Positions 27,056 through 36,956 of a DNA stretch of 53,088 nucleotides are shown here, piece by piece. Position 1 is the stretch's first letter, and each line of letters starts with the position of its first letter. Source of the stretch: a virus (lineage: Duplodnaviria; Caudoviricetes); IMG/VR virus record IMGVR_UViG_3300031857_000262, positions 1-53,088 of that record; one strand, given 5' to 3'. Both the position numbers and the translations under genes were made by a program. The notes under the pieces are model-generated. The model was not told the DNA's origin, ran no database searches, and was given only the letters and a program-made list of their open reading frames with translations.

Positions 27056-27781
27056 ATGAAACAATTACTTGCTCTCTGTTTGCTACTCACCTGCTCAACA
27101 GCACTCACCCAGGAAATCAAAGCATCCATTAAAGGACCATCAACGGCTCTTGCTGGAACGCTTGTTTTTCTGTCACACGAAGAAGCAGTCGGAGACAACA
27201 AGGTTTGGATCATTCCAGAAGAACTAAAGTCTGCCTCAGCATCTTGTGGTAACAATATCTTCTTCTCTATCCCCACCCCAGGAAAATACCAGTTCGGATT
27301 GATTGTAGCTAACAAACAAGCAGATATTGCTTATAGTTGGCATACAATCGACGTAACTGGAATGCTAGCTCCAGCTCCAGTACCAGTTCCTACTCCAATC
27401 CAACCAAGTCCTGCTTTTCCACCACCGTCTCCTATACCGTCACTTGAATCACTCGAATCAATCCGACTAACATCCAGAGTCGCAGTAGATAATTTGCAAG
27501 ATGCTTCCACAACATCGTTGCTAGCTAGCTCTCTCATAAATCTTTTGCCGAAACTACCATCGGACCTGCCCGATGCAAAAGGACAAGTAACAAGTACGAT
27601 TGAAAGATGTTTTGCAATGAGAGAACCAACAAGTCGAACAAAAGATTGGTTAAACGTGTGGAGAGTGCCAATCGACAAAGAAATTGGTAAAGCAAAACCA
27701 GCCACCACCGATCAATACATAGAATGTTTGAAAGCCGTCATCCGAGGGCTTTGTGTAAACGGTAAATGTCCTAACCTATAA
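27056..27781 (+). CDS. secreted protein with signal peptide and Pro-rich linker
   Basis: MKQLLALCLLLTCSTALT signal peptide; beta domain, PAPVPVP linker, helical domain. Confidence 0.7.
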   Translation: MKQLLALCLLLTCSTALTQEIKASIKGPSTALAGTLVFLSHEEAVGDNKVWIIPEELKSASASCGNNIFFSIPTPGKYQFGLIVANKQADIAYSWHTIDVTGMLAPAPVPVPTPIQPSPAFPPPSPIPSLESLESIRLTSRVAVDNLQDASTTSLLASSLINLLPKLPSDLPDAKGQVTSTIERCFAMREPTSRTKDWLNVWRVPIDKEIGKAKPATTDQYIECLKAVIRGLCVNGKCPNL

Positions 27782-27786
27782 GAACC

Positions 27787-28113
27787 ATGAGCATCTACAA
27801 AGAAACAGTTACACTTCCCGCAGGTCAACTTGTAACTGACTCACGTTCAGTAGCTCCTGGATACGGACTCGTTAGAGTATCCGCCCCAGGAATGACCGGC
27901 ACACCGACATTCAGTATTCAAGGTTCAGTAGACGAAGGTGTCACAAATTTAGACAACTACGTCAAAGACACGCTTGTTACCTACAATCTTGCAGCAACAG
28001 CAAGAACAATCAGTCTCGATCCAGAAAACACCAAAGGGTTAGATACTCTCCGACTCAAAGTTAGTGCTGTAGAAGCATCAGTTAAAACTTTTGAATTAGT
28101 CTTTTCCAATTAA
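27787..28113 (+). CDS. hypothetical beta-rich (likely virion) protein
   Basis: 108 aa ORF in the late operon. Confidence 0.65.
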   Translation: MSIYKETVTLPAGQLVTDSRSVAPGYGLVRVSAPGMTGTPTFSIQGSVDEGVTNLDNYVKDTLVTYNLAATARTISLDPENTKGLDTLRLKVSAVEASVKTFELVFSN

Positions 28114-28120
28114 GGATATC

Positions 28121-28408
28121 ATGGCAGACATCGAACCAACATTAGGACCAAGTGACTGGTGGCAAAAAGGTGCTTTGGCTGTTATTGCTACACTGTCCTC
28201 ACTCGTTGCGTTCTTTTATAAAAAACTTGAAGGTTCTAACCAAGTAGCTATCGCAGACTTGCAAAAGAACCTTATCAAACAAGAAGCCAAAACAGACCAA
28301 TGCGAAAAAGACAGACTAGAGTTATTCCGAACTCAAGTCAGACAAGAAACAGAACTTGCTACCCTCAAGCTCGAAATAAAAGAATTGAAGGACAAAGGTG
28401 TAGCATGA
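28121..28408 (+). CDS. single-TM coiled-coil protein (holin/spanin-like)
   Basis: GALAVIATLSSLVAFFY TM segment followed by a coiled coil; AAGGA RBS. Confidence 0.6.
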   Translation: MADIEPTLGPSDWWQKGALAVIATLSSLVAFFYKKLEGSNQVAIADLQKNLIKQEAKTDQCEKDRLELFRTQVRQETELATLKLEIKELKDKGVA

Positions 28409-28986
28409 CCCCAGAAGTATTAAAAACATTGATTGAACGTATCTCTCATTGGAATATCAAATCTACCCAAGAAATTCTAGACGCACTTCAAGAAGAAAAC
28501 ATTCCGTTTGAAAACACAGACCGATTTACCTGGAACGGTCTTGCATCTGTATATGTTCCAGAAAGTAACAAACGGTTTGGTGCCGAAGGAAATAGAGCTT
28601 TACAGAACGTACTTGAACAGCAAGGCGATAGGTGGCTTATCTCGCAGCTCGCCACCGGCGTGCCACTAATTGATGACGAAGTGCAGAACACTTTTTATCT
28701 TTTAGATCAAATGGGTCTAGTCCCAGGTGCAAGACATCTTGCACGAGAAGTCAAACGAAACATCAGCCTGCTCGAACAGGCTCAAATCCAAGAGCGTATC
28801 GAAAAGTTTCACCTCGAAATCGAAGTCCCAAGCATCGAAGAAATCGCTGCTTGTGTTGCTCACATGAAACTCGTTGCATTGAGTAAACTACGAATCGAAC
28901 AAGCCCTAGACAAAGTCCAAGCATATCGAGAAGCCTGGACCGAATACATAGACAACAAAGGCGTTGGCCGAGAACCGGAGTTGTAA
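28405..28986 (+). CDS. hypothetical protein
   Basis: ATGA-coupled start at 28405 inside ORF 28300. Confidence 0.65.
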   Translation: MTPEVLKTLIERISHWNIKSTQEILDALQEENIPFENTDRFTWNGLASVYVPESNKRFGAEGNRALQNVLEQQGDRWLISQLATGVPLIDDEVQNTFYLLDQMGLVPGARHLAREVKRNISLLEQAQIQERIEKFHLEIEVPSIEEIAACVAHMKLVALSKLRIEQALDKVQAYREAWTEYIDNKGVGREPEL

Positions 28987-29663
28987 TGTCGATCTCGCGA
29001 GTCAGTTTTTCAACAAATAACGGAACAGGTGTCACACTTGGCACTCACGCCAAGGGCGATCTGATTTTGTATAGTGCGTACTTTGCGGGGCTTGGAGCTC
29101 CATCCTTGCCTCCCGATGTACTAGGGCTTTACACACGATCAAATAGTGGCGGATCGCACAGGCTCGGATATTACATTGCTGAATCGGATTCCGAAACAAC
29201 GGGTACATCAGGGTGGACAGGAGCATCCAACGTAACGGCTATTGCTTACAGAGGTGGTCCAAGATCAGTTGTAATACCTACAATTCTTTCGCAAAATGGA
29301 TCATCCAGTACGGTAATAAGCTACGCTGCTCAAGCGGCTATCACTTCCCCGGTATTCAAAGAATCAGCCCTAGACTTGTGGCTTGTCGGCCTAGCAGCAA
29401 CCAGAGCAACTGGCAACAACCTTTCAGGCTTGGCTCCGTCTGGGATGACATTTGTTAATAATTCAATAGGTGTTGGTTTTGAAGTTGCTTCTTACGACAC
29501 GAATTCAACTAGATCGGCAATTTGGCCAGCAACAAATGTAACTCAGGCTACGAGTGTAGTATGGGCGACCTTTGTTTTAGAGTTGCTAGAAATCGACCAC
29601 AAAACAACCAGCGGCGGCGGTGGTGGCTCGTACTCTCCAATCGACAACATTCTGATAGGGTAA
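28986..29663 (+). CDS. putative virion fibre/adhesin-like protein
   Basis: Ser/Thr/Gly-rich beta protein, KGDLIL motif, poly-Gly tail. Confidence 0.6.
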   Translation: MSISRVSFSTNNGTGVTLGTHAKGDLILYSAYFAGLGAPSLPPDVLGLYTRSNSGGSHRLGYYIAESDSETTGTSGWTGASNVTAIAYRGGPRSVVIPTILSQNGSSSTVISYAAQAAITSPVFKESALDLWLVGLAATRATGNNLSGLAPSGMTFVNNSIGVGFEVASYDTNSTRSAIWPATNVTQATSVVWATFVLELLEIDHKTTSGGGGGSYSPIDNILIG

Positions 29664-29665
29664 CC

Positions 29666-31609
29666 ATGTCCGACAAATACATTGGAGACTTCAAAAAAGG
29701 ACAGCAAATTCGTGTCAAGTTCAACACGTTCAGTCAGGCGTTGATTCCGACTGCCCCGTCAGTCGCTTTGGAAGTTGCGATCTACAAAGATTCGGCAACA
29801 GAAATCACCACGACTGGAATCACACAGCCAACCCCAAACTTTGATTCGAAAAACGGTCTCCACGAACTTGTCGTGGACACTGCCGATGCTGTGTACGAAA
29901 TCGGCAAAGACTACGACATCGTATTCACGGCAGGGACAGTCGACGGGAAAGACTTGACCAGAACGATCCTCCGGACATTTTCGATTGAAAATCGAAACGT
30001 CGATGCCAACGTCACCAAAATCGCAGGCCAGACGGCTAGTGCTGCTACTCCGGTCTCATTCCCTGCGTCGGTGGCAAATGAAACCACGGTAGGCAATCGT
30101 CCAACCCTGGTACAAATTGAAGGTTCGACTGTCCTAGCCAAAGAGAACACCCTAACCAATCGCCCTACTCTTACACAAATCGAAGAATCGACCATACTAG
30201 CAAAAGAACTGACTGTTGCTAGTCGTGCCACACAATTAAGTGTCAACGCAATTCCTACCAATCCACTACGAGACAACGATGCAAGAATCAACTTCCTAGA
30301 TGCAAGTATCGCAACCAGTACAAGTTCAGTCCTCGGAGCAATCACAGGACTAAATAACCTGTCTGCTAAAGCTAACGTGTTTGGTGCAGCAGTTCTTGAA
30401 GCCCCAGAAACCGGATCATCAATTTATGAGTTTACGCTTGTTGTTAATGATGATGAAGGTAAGCTGGTCAATCTGGACACAGCACCGACAATTACAGCTA
30501 CGAATTCCTCTGGTACGGATCGTTCAACAAACTTGTCAGCAGTCACCAACCCAAGTGTTGGACGATACCGATTTACTTACACTGTATCATCTACTCATCC
30601 AAGGGAAGGACTACGAATCGAAGCTAGTGGAACAACCAGTACAGAAGCTCGATACGCTATATGGGCAGGAGCCGTAGTTGACTTCGACCAATCAACTGTA
30701 CTTGCTCAAATAGTTTCAGACTTGTCCCTCAAGCCAACCCTAGTACAGATCGAAGCATCCACAATTCTTGCTAAAGAATTAACTGTTGCTAATCGAGCTA
30801 GCCAAACAAGCGTAGATGATTTACCAAACACAACTAGAAATCTAGTGTTAAACTCAATGCCTAATGGTGGTTGGGTTGACGGCTCGATTGGAGATCGTTT
30901 GATTATTAGCAACAACTCAAACAGAACAATTGGAGTCACAGGTTCTGGTTCTGGGCATGTCCATGCTGTTATTCATGGAGCTGAAACAGGAGTGTTTGTA
31001 CCAACAACTTTTACAACATCAGTGTACGACACAATCACAGCTAACCTGTTAGCTACTTCACACTCCAGTTACACCACCCCAGGAACAGTCGGCAAGACAC
31101 TCACCGATACCAATACCAGCTTATCAACTTTGCTAACTCGAATACCAGCAGCAACAGCACAACTGGTAGTCGATTTGGCAACGATGCTGTTAGGCTCAAA
31201 TTCTCCACTTGTCCGTTGGACAGCTCAAGCTCTCAGCTTAGCTCCAGCCGGTGGCGGTGGTGGTGGACAAACATCGGTTACTCCAGAAGCATTCATCAAT
31301 CTCGACAACAAGTTGTTAGAGAAAAACACGTTTGTGTTCTTTAACAACGAAACTCGAACGTACTTGATTACGCTTGCTTCCGGTGTGTTCGATGGACTAC
31401 CTATGACATTTTGTCTTGAACGAGCAGACAAATCAACTTTGACTGTCGTAACCGGACTAACTTCCACAACCAATGCTGTGTCTGTAACAATACCCAGCAT
31501 TGCTCCACAAACTGATAACTGTTTGTACTGGTCCCTCAGAGATTCTGCTACCGGCAAAATCATTCTATACGGTCCAGCCATTCAGAAGTACGCAGCATTC
31601 AACAACTAA
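29666..31609 (+). CDS. putative virion fibre/structural protein with internal repeats
   Basis: three copies of [RK]PTL.QIE.ST.LAKE; Ig-like segments; poly-Gly. Confidence 0.7.
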   Translation: MSDKYIGDFKKGQQIRVKFNTFSQALIPTAPSVALEVAIYKDSATEITTTGITQPTPNFDSKNGLHELVVDTADAVYEIGKDYDIVFTAGTVDGKDLTRTILRTFSIENRNVDANVTKIAGQTASAATPVSFPASVANETTVGNRPTLVQIEGSTVLAKENTLTNRPTLTQIEESTILAKELTVASRATQLSVNAIPTNPLRDNDARINFLDASIATSTSSVLGAITGLNNLSAKANVFGAAVLEAPETGSSIYEFTLVVNDDEGKLVNLDTAPTITATNSSGTDRSTNLSAVTNPSVGRYRFTYTVSSTHPREGLRIEASGTTSTEARYAIWAGAVVDFDQSTVLAQIVSDLSLKPTLVQIEASTILAKELTVANRASQTSVDDLPNTTRNLVLNSMPNGGWVDGSIGDRLIISNNSNRTIGVTGSGSGHVHAVIHGAETGVFVPTTFTTSVYDTITANLLATSHSSYTTPGTVGKTLTDTNTSLSTLLTRIPAATAQLVVDLATMLLGSNSPLVRWTAQALSLAPAGGGGGGQTSVTPEAFINLDNKLLEKNTFVFFNNETRTYLITLASGVFDGLPMTFCLERADKSTLTVVTGLTSTTNAVSVTIPSIAPQTDNCLYWSLRDSATGKIILYGPAIQKYAAFNN

Positions 31610-31627
31610 CCCACCCCAGGAGAACTC

Positions 31628-31858
31628 ATGAGTGATCTTGTTTCCAAGATACAAGAAATTCAAGCTGGTGTCGGCCCTCGACGGGTTAAGACTCCACAAG
31701 AAGAAGTCGAACAGTTCTCCCTAAAAGAATTGATCGACGCAGCTAACAGGATTGGCTCCAAGAAACCATCCTTGAGCAACATCGGTTGGACTCGGGCAGT
31801 TCCAAAGAACAACTGTCATTGCTCTGGACTAGAGAAAGGTTCTTGCAATGACTCGTAG
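31628..31858 (+). CDS. small head-associated protein (gpW-like position)
   Basis: 76 aa immediately upstream of the portal; GPRRVKT..EVEQFSLKELIDA. Confidence 0.6.
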   Translation: MSDLVSKIQEIQAGVGPRRVKTPQEEVEQFSLKELIDAANRIGSKKPSLSNIGWTRAVPKNNCHCSGLEKGSCNDS

Positions 31859-33257
31859 CTGGATACAATTTCTAGCTTCTCCAAAAACTTGGTTTCGCAA
31901 TCGAGACACAGTTCCTTACAATCAAATTCCACGTGAACGGTTCTTACGAGCCATCAAACATCCGTGGGTTCGACGTAAGTTAATGACAATCTCAATTGAA
32001 CAAGACGAAGAAGGTTCTCACTACCACGGGATCCTCAACACACTCGCTAACGATTGTGTTGGTCCTGCTCCAGTGATTATCGGAAGTTCTTCTGATCCAG
32101 ATGTCAACACAAACATCGAAGATCAGTGGACAAAGTTTTGTCAACAAACCGGGTTGGGTAGTCAAATCAGACTATTACGTCGAGCAGCAGCCCGCACCGG
32201 AATCGGTATTGGTATTCCATACCCGATGGAAAACACTGTACACGAAGTTCGAGTAGGACTTCGAGTAGTCACAGCCGAGAAACTACTCAATCCACCAGGA
32301 GAAGGGGTTGAGTCACGATGGTGGGATGGAATCCAGTACAATAAAAACTGGGAACCAACTCAAATTCACTTAGACACCGGTGAGTTCTACAACACCAAAG
32401 ACATTATTCTTTGGTGGAAGAACAAGTACGAAGATCAAATTTGTGGAATTGTAGAGTGTGCTCCAGCACTCTGCATTTTTCCATCAGTCAAGAGATACTT
32501 AGACTCTGTAATTCGTAGTGCTGAATTTCGTTCAGCAATTCCAATGGCTCTCAAGCTCGACCCCACAGTGTGGGGTAAAGAAGCCGCAGAGTCAATGGGA
32601 ATGCCAGAAGGCGAGTTCAAGTACGAACCAGGTATGATTCCAACACTCCCCCCAGGAACTACCCTGGAAGGGTTGTCATACTCTGGTACAACATCAGAAG
32701 ATGCGGAAGCTCTTGATGCAATGGTTGGTGCTGCTGCCCGTTGTATTAACATGCCTGTTAACCTTGCAACAGGTAACAGTCGTAAGTACAACATGGCTAG
32801 CAGCCAAGTAGACTTTGGTCCTTGGAAAAGTACCATTGCAATCGACCGTGAAGATTTTGCTCCAGCAATCCACAAAATGGTAAGCCTTTGGGCACAAGCT
32901 GGAGTTTTAACTTCAAAGTACTTTTCTCCACGAACCGCCCGATTTATTGCAGAAGAAGGACTTAACTACTCGTTAAGTTATTCTCAAGTATTTTCCCATC
33001 CCGACCCCCAGAAAATTAGTAACAGTATTGCTACTGATCTTCAATCTGGAGCTAAAACTCTTGTACGAATTTACACTGAACGAGGACAAAACCCTCGAAG
33101 AGAAATTCAACGAGAAGCTGACTTGCTAGGTGTTTCGTATGAAGATATGTGCGAAGTGCTTTTAGCTGGACGAACTCCATCAGCAGCAGCAGTCCTGAAC
33201 GAACCAGAAGATACTGAACCCGTAGCAGAACAAGAGGATTCTGATGAAACTGAGTGA
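31848..33257 (+). CDS. portal protein, lambda family
   Basis: size and position; LANDCVG.., GNSRKYNMASSQVD (NYSS-type motif), HPDPQKI, acidic tail. Confidence 0.82.
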   Translation: MTRSWIQFLASPKTWFRNRDTVPYNQIPRERFLRAIKHPWVRRKLMTISIEQDEEGSHYHGILNTLANDCVGPAPVIIGSSSDPDVNTNIEDQWTKFCQQTGLGSQIRLLRRAAARTGIGIGIPYPMENTVHEVRVGLRVVTAEKLLNPPGEGVESRWWDGIQYNKNWEPTQIHLDTGEFYNTKDIILWWKNKYEDQICGIVECAPALCIFPSVKRYLDSVIRSAEFRSAIPMALKLDPTVWGKEAAESMGMPEGEFKYEPGMIPTLPPGTTLEGLSYSGTTSEDAEALDAMVGAAARCINMPVNLATGNSRKYNMASSQVDFGPWKSTIAIDREDFAPAIHKMVSLWAQAGVLTSKYFSPRTARFIAEEGLNYSLSYSQVFSHPDPQKISNSIATDLQSGAKTLVRIYTERGQNPRREIQREADLLGVSYEDMCEVLLAGRTPSAAAVLNEPEDTEPVAEQEDSDETE

Positions 33258-35388
33258 AAGACTCAACACAATCAAAAAAGCTAGGGACGTGTTTAACAAC
33301 AGTCCTCCAGCACCCAACTACCGGCCAGCAGAAGGTGAAGCTATCTTCAACCTAGCTACCGAAGCGACTTCAACACAAGCCGAAAATGGTTTGCATGAAT
33401 TGTCTTTTACCGGATACTCTGGTGGTCCCGTCAGTCTACGAGACTACGGTTACGAATACCCGATGATCTACAACATTGCGGGAATTGAGCATAAAAACTC
33501 CATCCCAATGTTGTTTGAACACTGGGAACCAATCGGTCACTCAACGTCTTTAGTCAAGACCAACAGTAACCTAAGTGGAAAAGGAGTTACGTCCTACCCT
33601 TCCCCCGCCAGAGAAACGGTGGCAGAAGCCCTTAAAAATGGTTTCCCTTTTGAAGCCAGCATGGGGCTTCGAATTACCAATAAAGAAGATATTACGTTCC
33701 TTAAACACGGAATCAAACGTAGTATCAACAATCGTGAAGTGACGGGACCGATGTACGTTGCTGAACGCTCCATCTTGAAAGAAATGACAGTCACGATGTC
33801 TGGTCGTGACTCCGATACAAACTTTGGTCTCTTAAACAAGGAAGCACAAATGCTTTTGAACAGCTCCACTCCACCAGCACCACCCGTTCCACCAGCAGAA
33901 CCACCTGTTGTTCCTGCCGCTCCCCCTGTAGCTCCCCCTGTAGCTCCAGTACAAAATGCTGCACCCCCAGTCCTGCCTGTGGCTCCAGCTCCGGTTGTGC
34001 CTGTTGCTCCAGTACAGAATTCGGGAGTTACTCGAACAGAACTTGTTCGGCTCTCTCGATTGTTGAACTCGTATCCTGACCATGCTGACAGTATTGAATC
34101 TCAATACTCGGCTGGAACGGACCTCACTACCATCGAAAACAGCATCAAGCTGAAACTCTTTGAGAACAGCTTGCCAGGAGTACCAAACTTGACTCCACAA
34201 CAACGAGCATCCGCAGGAGACGAAATTGTAGCACAGTTTGCTCTGTCCTGCAATATCTCTCCAGAAACAATCGCCAAGCACGTTGACAAGAAAGTTCTTG
34301 ACAACTGCCTCGGTACTTCCCGTTGGAGTTTTGTTGAAACCTTGGTCAACTTGGCCAACAGCACCGAACGTCAACGACGATTCGGCGGATTCAGCGACAT
34401 CGACATCTTGTGCAGCAGCATCAAGACCACCGCTCAGCATTCGTTCCTCGGAATCAACAACAGTGGATTTTCGATGATCGACATGCCTAACCTTCTCAAG
34501 AAGGTTACAAGCATGATGTTGGAAGAACGATGGGCAATCAACACTCCGTTTGCAGTTCAGTACCTCAAGGAAGAATCCAACAAGGACTTCCGAGTCACCC
34601 AGAGAATCCGTCCAGGTGGCGGTAAGATTTGGGACGAAATGAAGAACGACGGGAAGATCGAAGAAACCGAATTCGGAGAAGAAACCGAATACCGATCCAA
34701 GCTCTCAACTTCGGCTCAGTTGGTTGTGTTCAATCGTGAGGACATCATCAACGACGACATGGGTGTTATCGCTGACATGCTTGATGCGATGGTTGAAGGT
34801 GCGTTGATTGTTCCAGACATGAAGCTGGGCAAACTGATGCTCGTCAAAGCAGCAGCAGCTAAGTCCTTCTGGGTTGATGCGGACAATAGCCGAACCGGTT
34901 TTGCACTTAACCGAGCAAACCTTTCCACAGCATACAACGCTGTACGGCAGTACAACGAAAAGCGAGGCAAGAACTTTGTGAACCTCATCAACGATCGTTG
35001 GATACTCATTACCTCGATCACCGGTGAAGAAGCTGCATTCGACTTGCTCAAGCAATCTCGAATCGTCCAGGAAACTGGAGCACCAAGCCCTTCCAAGACT
35101 GGTGAAGCAAATTACTGGTTTGGCAAACTCGATACTGTCCCTTTCCCACAAATGAGCAACAGCAACTTGCTCGGAAGTAGTACGTTCGTCAGTGAAAACA
35201 CTTGGTTGCTGTGGCCGAAGTCGCAACGATTCAGCCCATACAGCATCACTTACTTGCGAGGTCAACGACGACCAACCATCGAAGCTGTCGATCTTCCAGC
35301 AAACATGCTGGGAACCGGTACTCGGGGTTACTGGGACATCGAAATCAACGAACGAGAACGGGAAGCTGTTCTTCGAGCAAACGGCTAA
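33244..35388 (+). CDS. prohead protease-scaffold-major capsid fusion (Mu gpT-like capsid domain)
   Basis: N-terminal YSGG, IPMLFEH..IGH, FEASMG; Pro/Val linker; C-terminal NKDF, REDIINDDMG, YLRGQRRPTIE. Confidence 0.85.
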   Translation: MKLSERLNTIKKARDVFNNSPPAPNYRPAEGEAIFNLATEATSTQAENGLHELSFTGYSGGPVSLRDYGYEYPMIYNIAGIEHKNSIPMLFEHWEPIGHSTSLVKTNSNLSGKGVTSYPSPARETVAEALKNGFPFEASMGLRITNKEDITFLKHGIKRSINNREVTGPMYVAERSILKEMTVTMSGRDSDTNFGLLNKEAQMLLNSSTPPAPPVPPAEPPVVPAAPPVAPPVAPVQNAAPPVLPVAPAPVVPVAPVQNSGVTRTELVRLSRLLNSYPDHADSIESQYSAGTDLTTIENSIKLKLFENSLPGVPNLTPQQRASAGDEIVAQFALSCNISPETIAKHVDKKVLDNCLGTSRWSFVETLVNLANSTERQRRFGGFSDIDILCSSIKTTAQHSFLGINNSGFSMIDMPNLLKKVTSMMLEERWAINTPFAVQYLKEESNKDFRVTQRIRPGGGKIWDEMKNDGKIEETEFGEETEYRSKLSTSAQLVVFNREDIINDDMGVIADMLDAMVEGALIVPDMKLGKLMLVKAAAAKSFWVDADNSRTGFALNRANLSTAYNAVRQYNEKRGKNFVNLINDRWILITSITGEEAAFDLLKQSRIVQETGAPSPSKTGEANYWFGKLDTVPFPQMSNSNLLGSSTFVSENTWLLWPKSQRFSPYSITYLRGQRRPTIEAVDLPANMLGTGTRGYWDIEINEREREAVLRANG

Positions 35389-35431
35389 ACCTTCAACCAT
35401 CCAAGCTAGTCTCTGTTAGCTAACAACATTC

Positions 35432-35542
35432 AGCTCACAGACGAATCATTCTAGGAGAGTTTAACAGAGTACCGCAACTCACCACTGCTGTGTGGGTTGA
35501 ATAATAACAAACTCTCCACCCTAGAATCTTTGTCTGTGGGCT
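35432..35542 (+). other. long irregular stem-loop between capsid and decoration genes
   Basis: nested pairings AGCTCACAGACGAA/TTTGTCTGTGGGCT, ATTCTAGG/CCTAGAAT, GAGAGTTT/AAACTCTC, CAACTCAC/GTGGGTTG. Confidence 0.65.
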
Positions 35543-35575
35543 TTTCTTGAACAACTTCCACAAGGAAACGACCTT

Positions 35576-36082
35576 ATGCCTATTTCGACTCCAAACCGAG
35601 TTGCCGACCCAGTGATGCTGGAACGGTACGATGCACCCTGCGTAAAGAAACAGGGTGGAGCAATTTCTGTCAACTACTACAACACGACTGGCAGCACCAT
35701 TCTACAAGGTGAACCAGTTCTGTTCGGTGGTCGAGTCGGGATTGCCCAATCCGTCATCCTCCCAGGAACTCAAGGGACACTGATTATGGACTGGCTTGTT
35801 GAAGCCAGAATTGGTGGTACTCTTGCTGCTGACATCTTGCAAAACGACACCGTTTGGTGGAGTTACGATGTTGCCAGTGTTGCTACGAGTGCTGTGGGTG
35901 GTGCAGTTCGAGCTGCTCCAACCAACGGTTTCATTCTTGGTACAGCAGTCATCCCTGGAGGTGCTGTTATGCTCAACGGTTCCAACAAAGCAATCGCTGC
36001 ACCATCCGGATCGACTTCGGTTCGAGTGCTGCATAGTGCTGAACCTTCCCCAGCAATCGGAACGGTTCCGACATTCAACTAG
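35576..36082 (+). CDS. DUF2190-family capsid cement/decoration protein
   Basis: ILQGEPVLFGGRVGIA..GTQGTL, GTAV, SVRV pattern; follows the major capsid gene. Confidence 0.75.
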   Translation: MPISTPNRVADPVMLERYDAPCVKKQGGAISVNYYNTTGSTILQGEPVLFGGRVGIAQSVILPGTQGTLIMDWLVEARIGGTLAADILQNDTVWWSYDVASVATSAVGGAVRAAPTNGFILGTAVIPGGAVMLNGSNKAIAAPSGSTSVRVLHSAEPSPAIGTVPTFN

Positions 36083-36130
36083 GTCTAGCAACTCCTAGAC
36101 AGAATCACTACTCTTTCTAGGGAGACAAAG

Positions 36131-36493
36131 ATGAATTTTCTTTCCTGGGGGCTGGATTTCTTGTATAAACAAGCAGAACAATTTACTGATGTTGATTTGC
36201 TAATTGGTTATCCAGGCCAGCCCCAGTTTGAGATAAAAGGTACTATCTCTGAGTGCAAACACTTGTTGGACTCGAACTCAGTCAAGACTCAAGCTCCTCG
36301 GTTCCATATTCTGGTTCCCACACAAGACCTGGCTAAGTACGAAATCTCTTTGGTTCGAGGACTACAAATCCTCAATCCAGCCACCAACGTGGCTTACGAA
36401 CTTGTCATTGATGCAAAAGGCTCTTACTTCTACAACGACGGTGAACATCGCCGCACAGTATTAGTAATGAACGAGAAAGGTTCTCCATGCTAG
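36131..36493 (+). CDS. putative head-tail joining protein
   Basis: 120 aa; synteny. Confidence 0.55.
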   Translation: MNFLSWGLDFLYKQAEQFTDVDLLIGYPGQPQFEIKGTISECKHLLDSNSVKTQAPRFHILVPTQDLAKYEISLVRGLQILNPATNVAYELVIDAKGSYFYNDGEHRRTVLVMNEKGSPC

Positions 36494-36954
36494 CCGAACT
36501 AGCCGAATTAGTAACCAACTACCTCAACACCCTCCCAGGAACAACATGGGGTGACTATAAGGTAGGTACTTACGTTACAGCCGAGACTGCACTCGATCCT
36601 GAAAAGGTTCGACAAACGTCCACCAAAAAGCTGTACGTGATGCCGTTGTTTACTGGGTTGTCTATGGACAACTCAACTGGTCGACAACGAAAGACTTCGA
36701 TCCAAAGTCTACCACTACTCTCAGTTTCACTGTTACTTCCTTTTGACTCTTTTAGCAAAAACGATGTAACAGACTGGGTAGAAGTAAGACGCATATTGGA
36801 CCTTCGGGAACGAATTGATTTGGCTATATGCCGAGGACTGTGGGAACCATTCGTTATCAGTAACGTAGACTCACAACCCCCAGTAGAAATCGAGCTAAAC
36901 CAAAGAACCTTTCTGTCATCAACTGAGTTCACTTTTGCCACACAAGTTTGCTAG
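36487..36954 (+). CDS. putative tail terminator/completion protein
   Basis: 155 aa; synteny. Confidence 0.55.
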   Translation: MLAELAELVTNYLNTLPGTTWGDYKVGTYVTAETALDPEKVRQTSTKKLYVMPLFTGLSMDNSTGRQRKTSIQSLPLLSVSLLLPFDSFSKNDVTDWVEVRRILDLRERIDLAICRGLWEPFVISNVDSQPPVEIELNQRTFLSSTEFTFATQVC

Positions 36955-36956
36955 TC

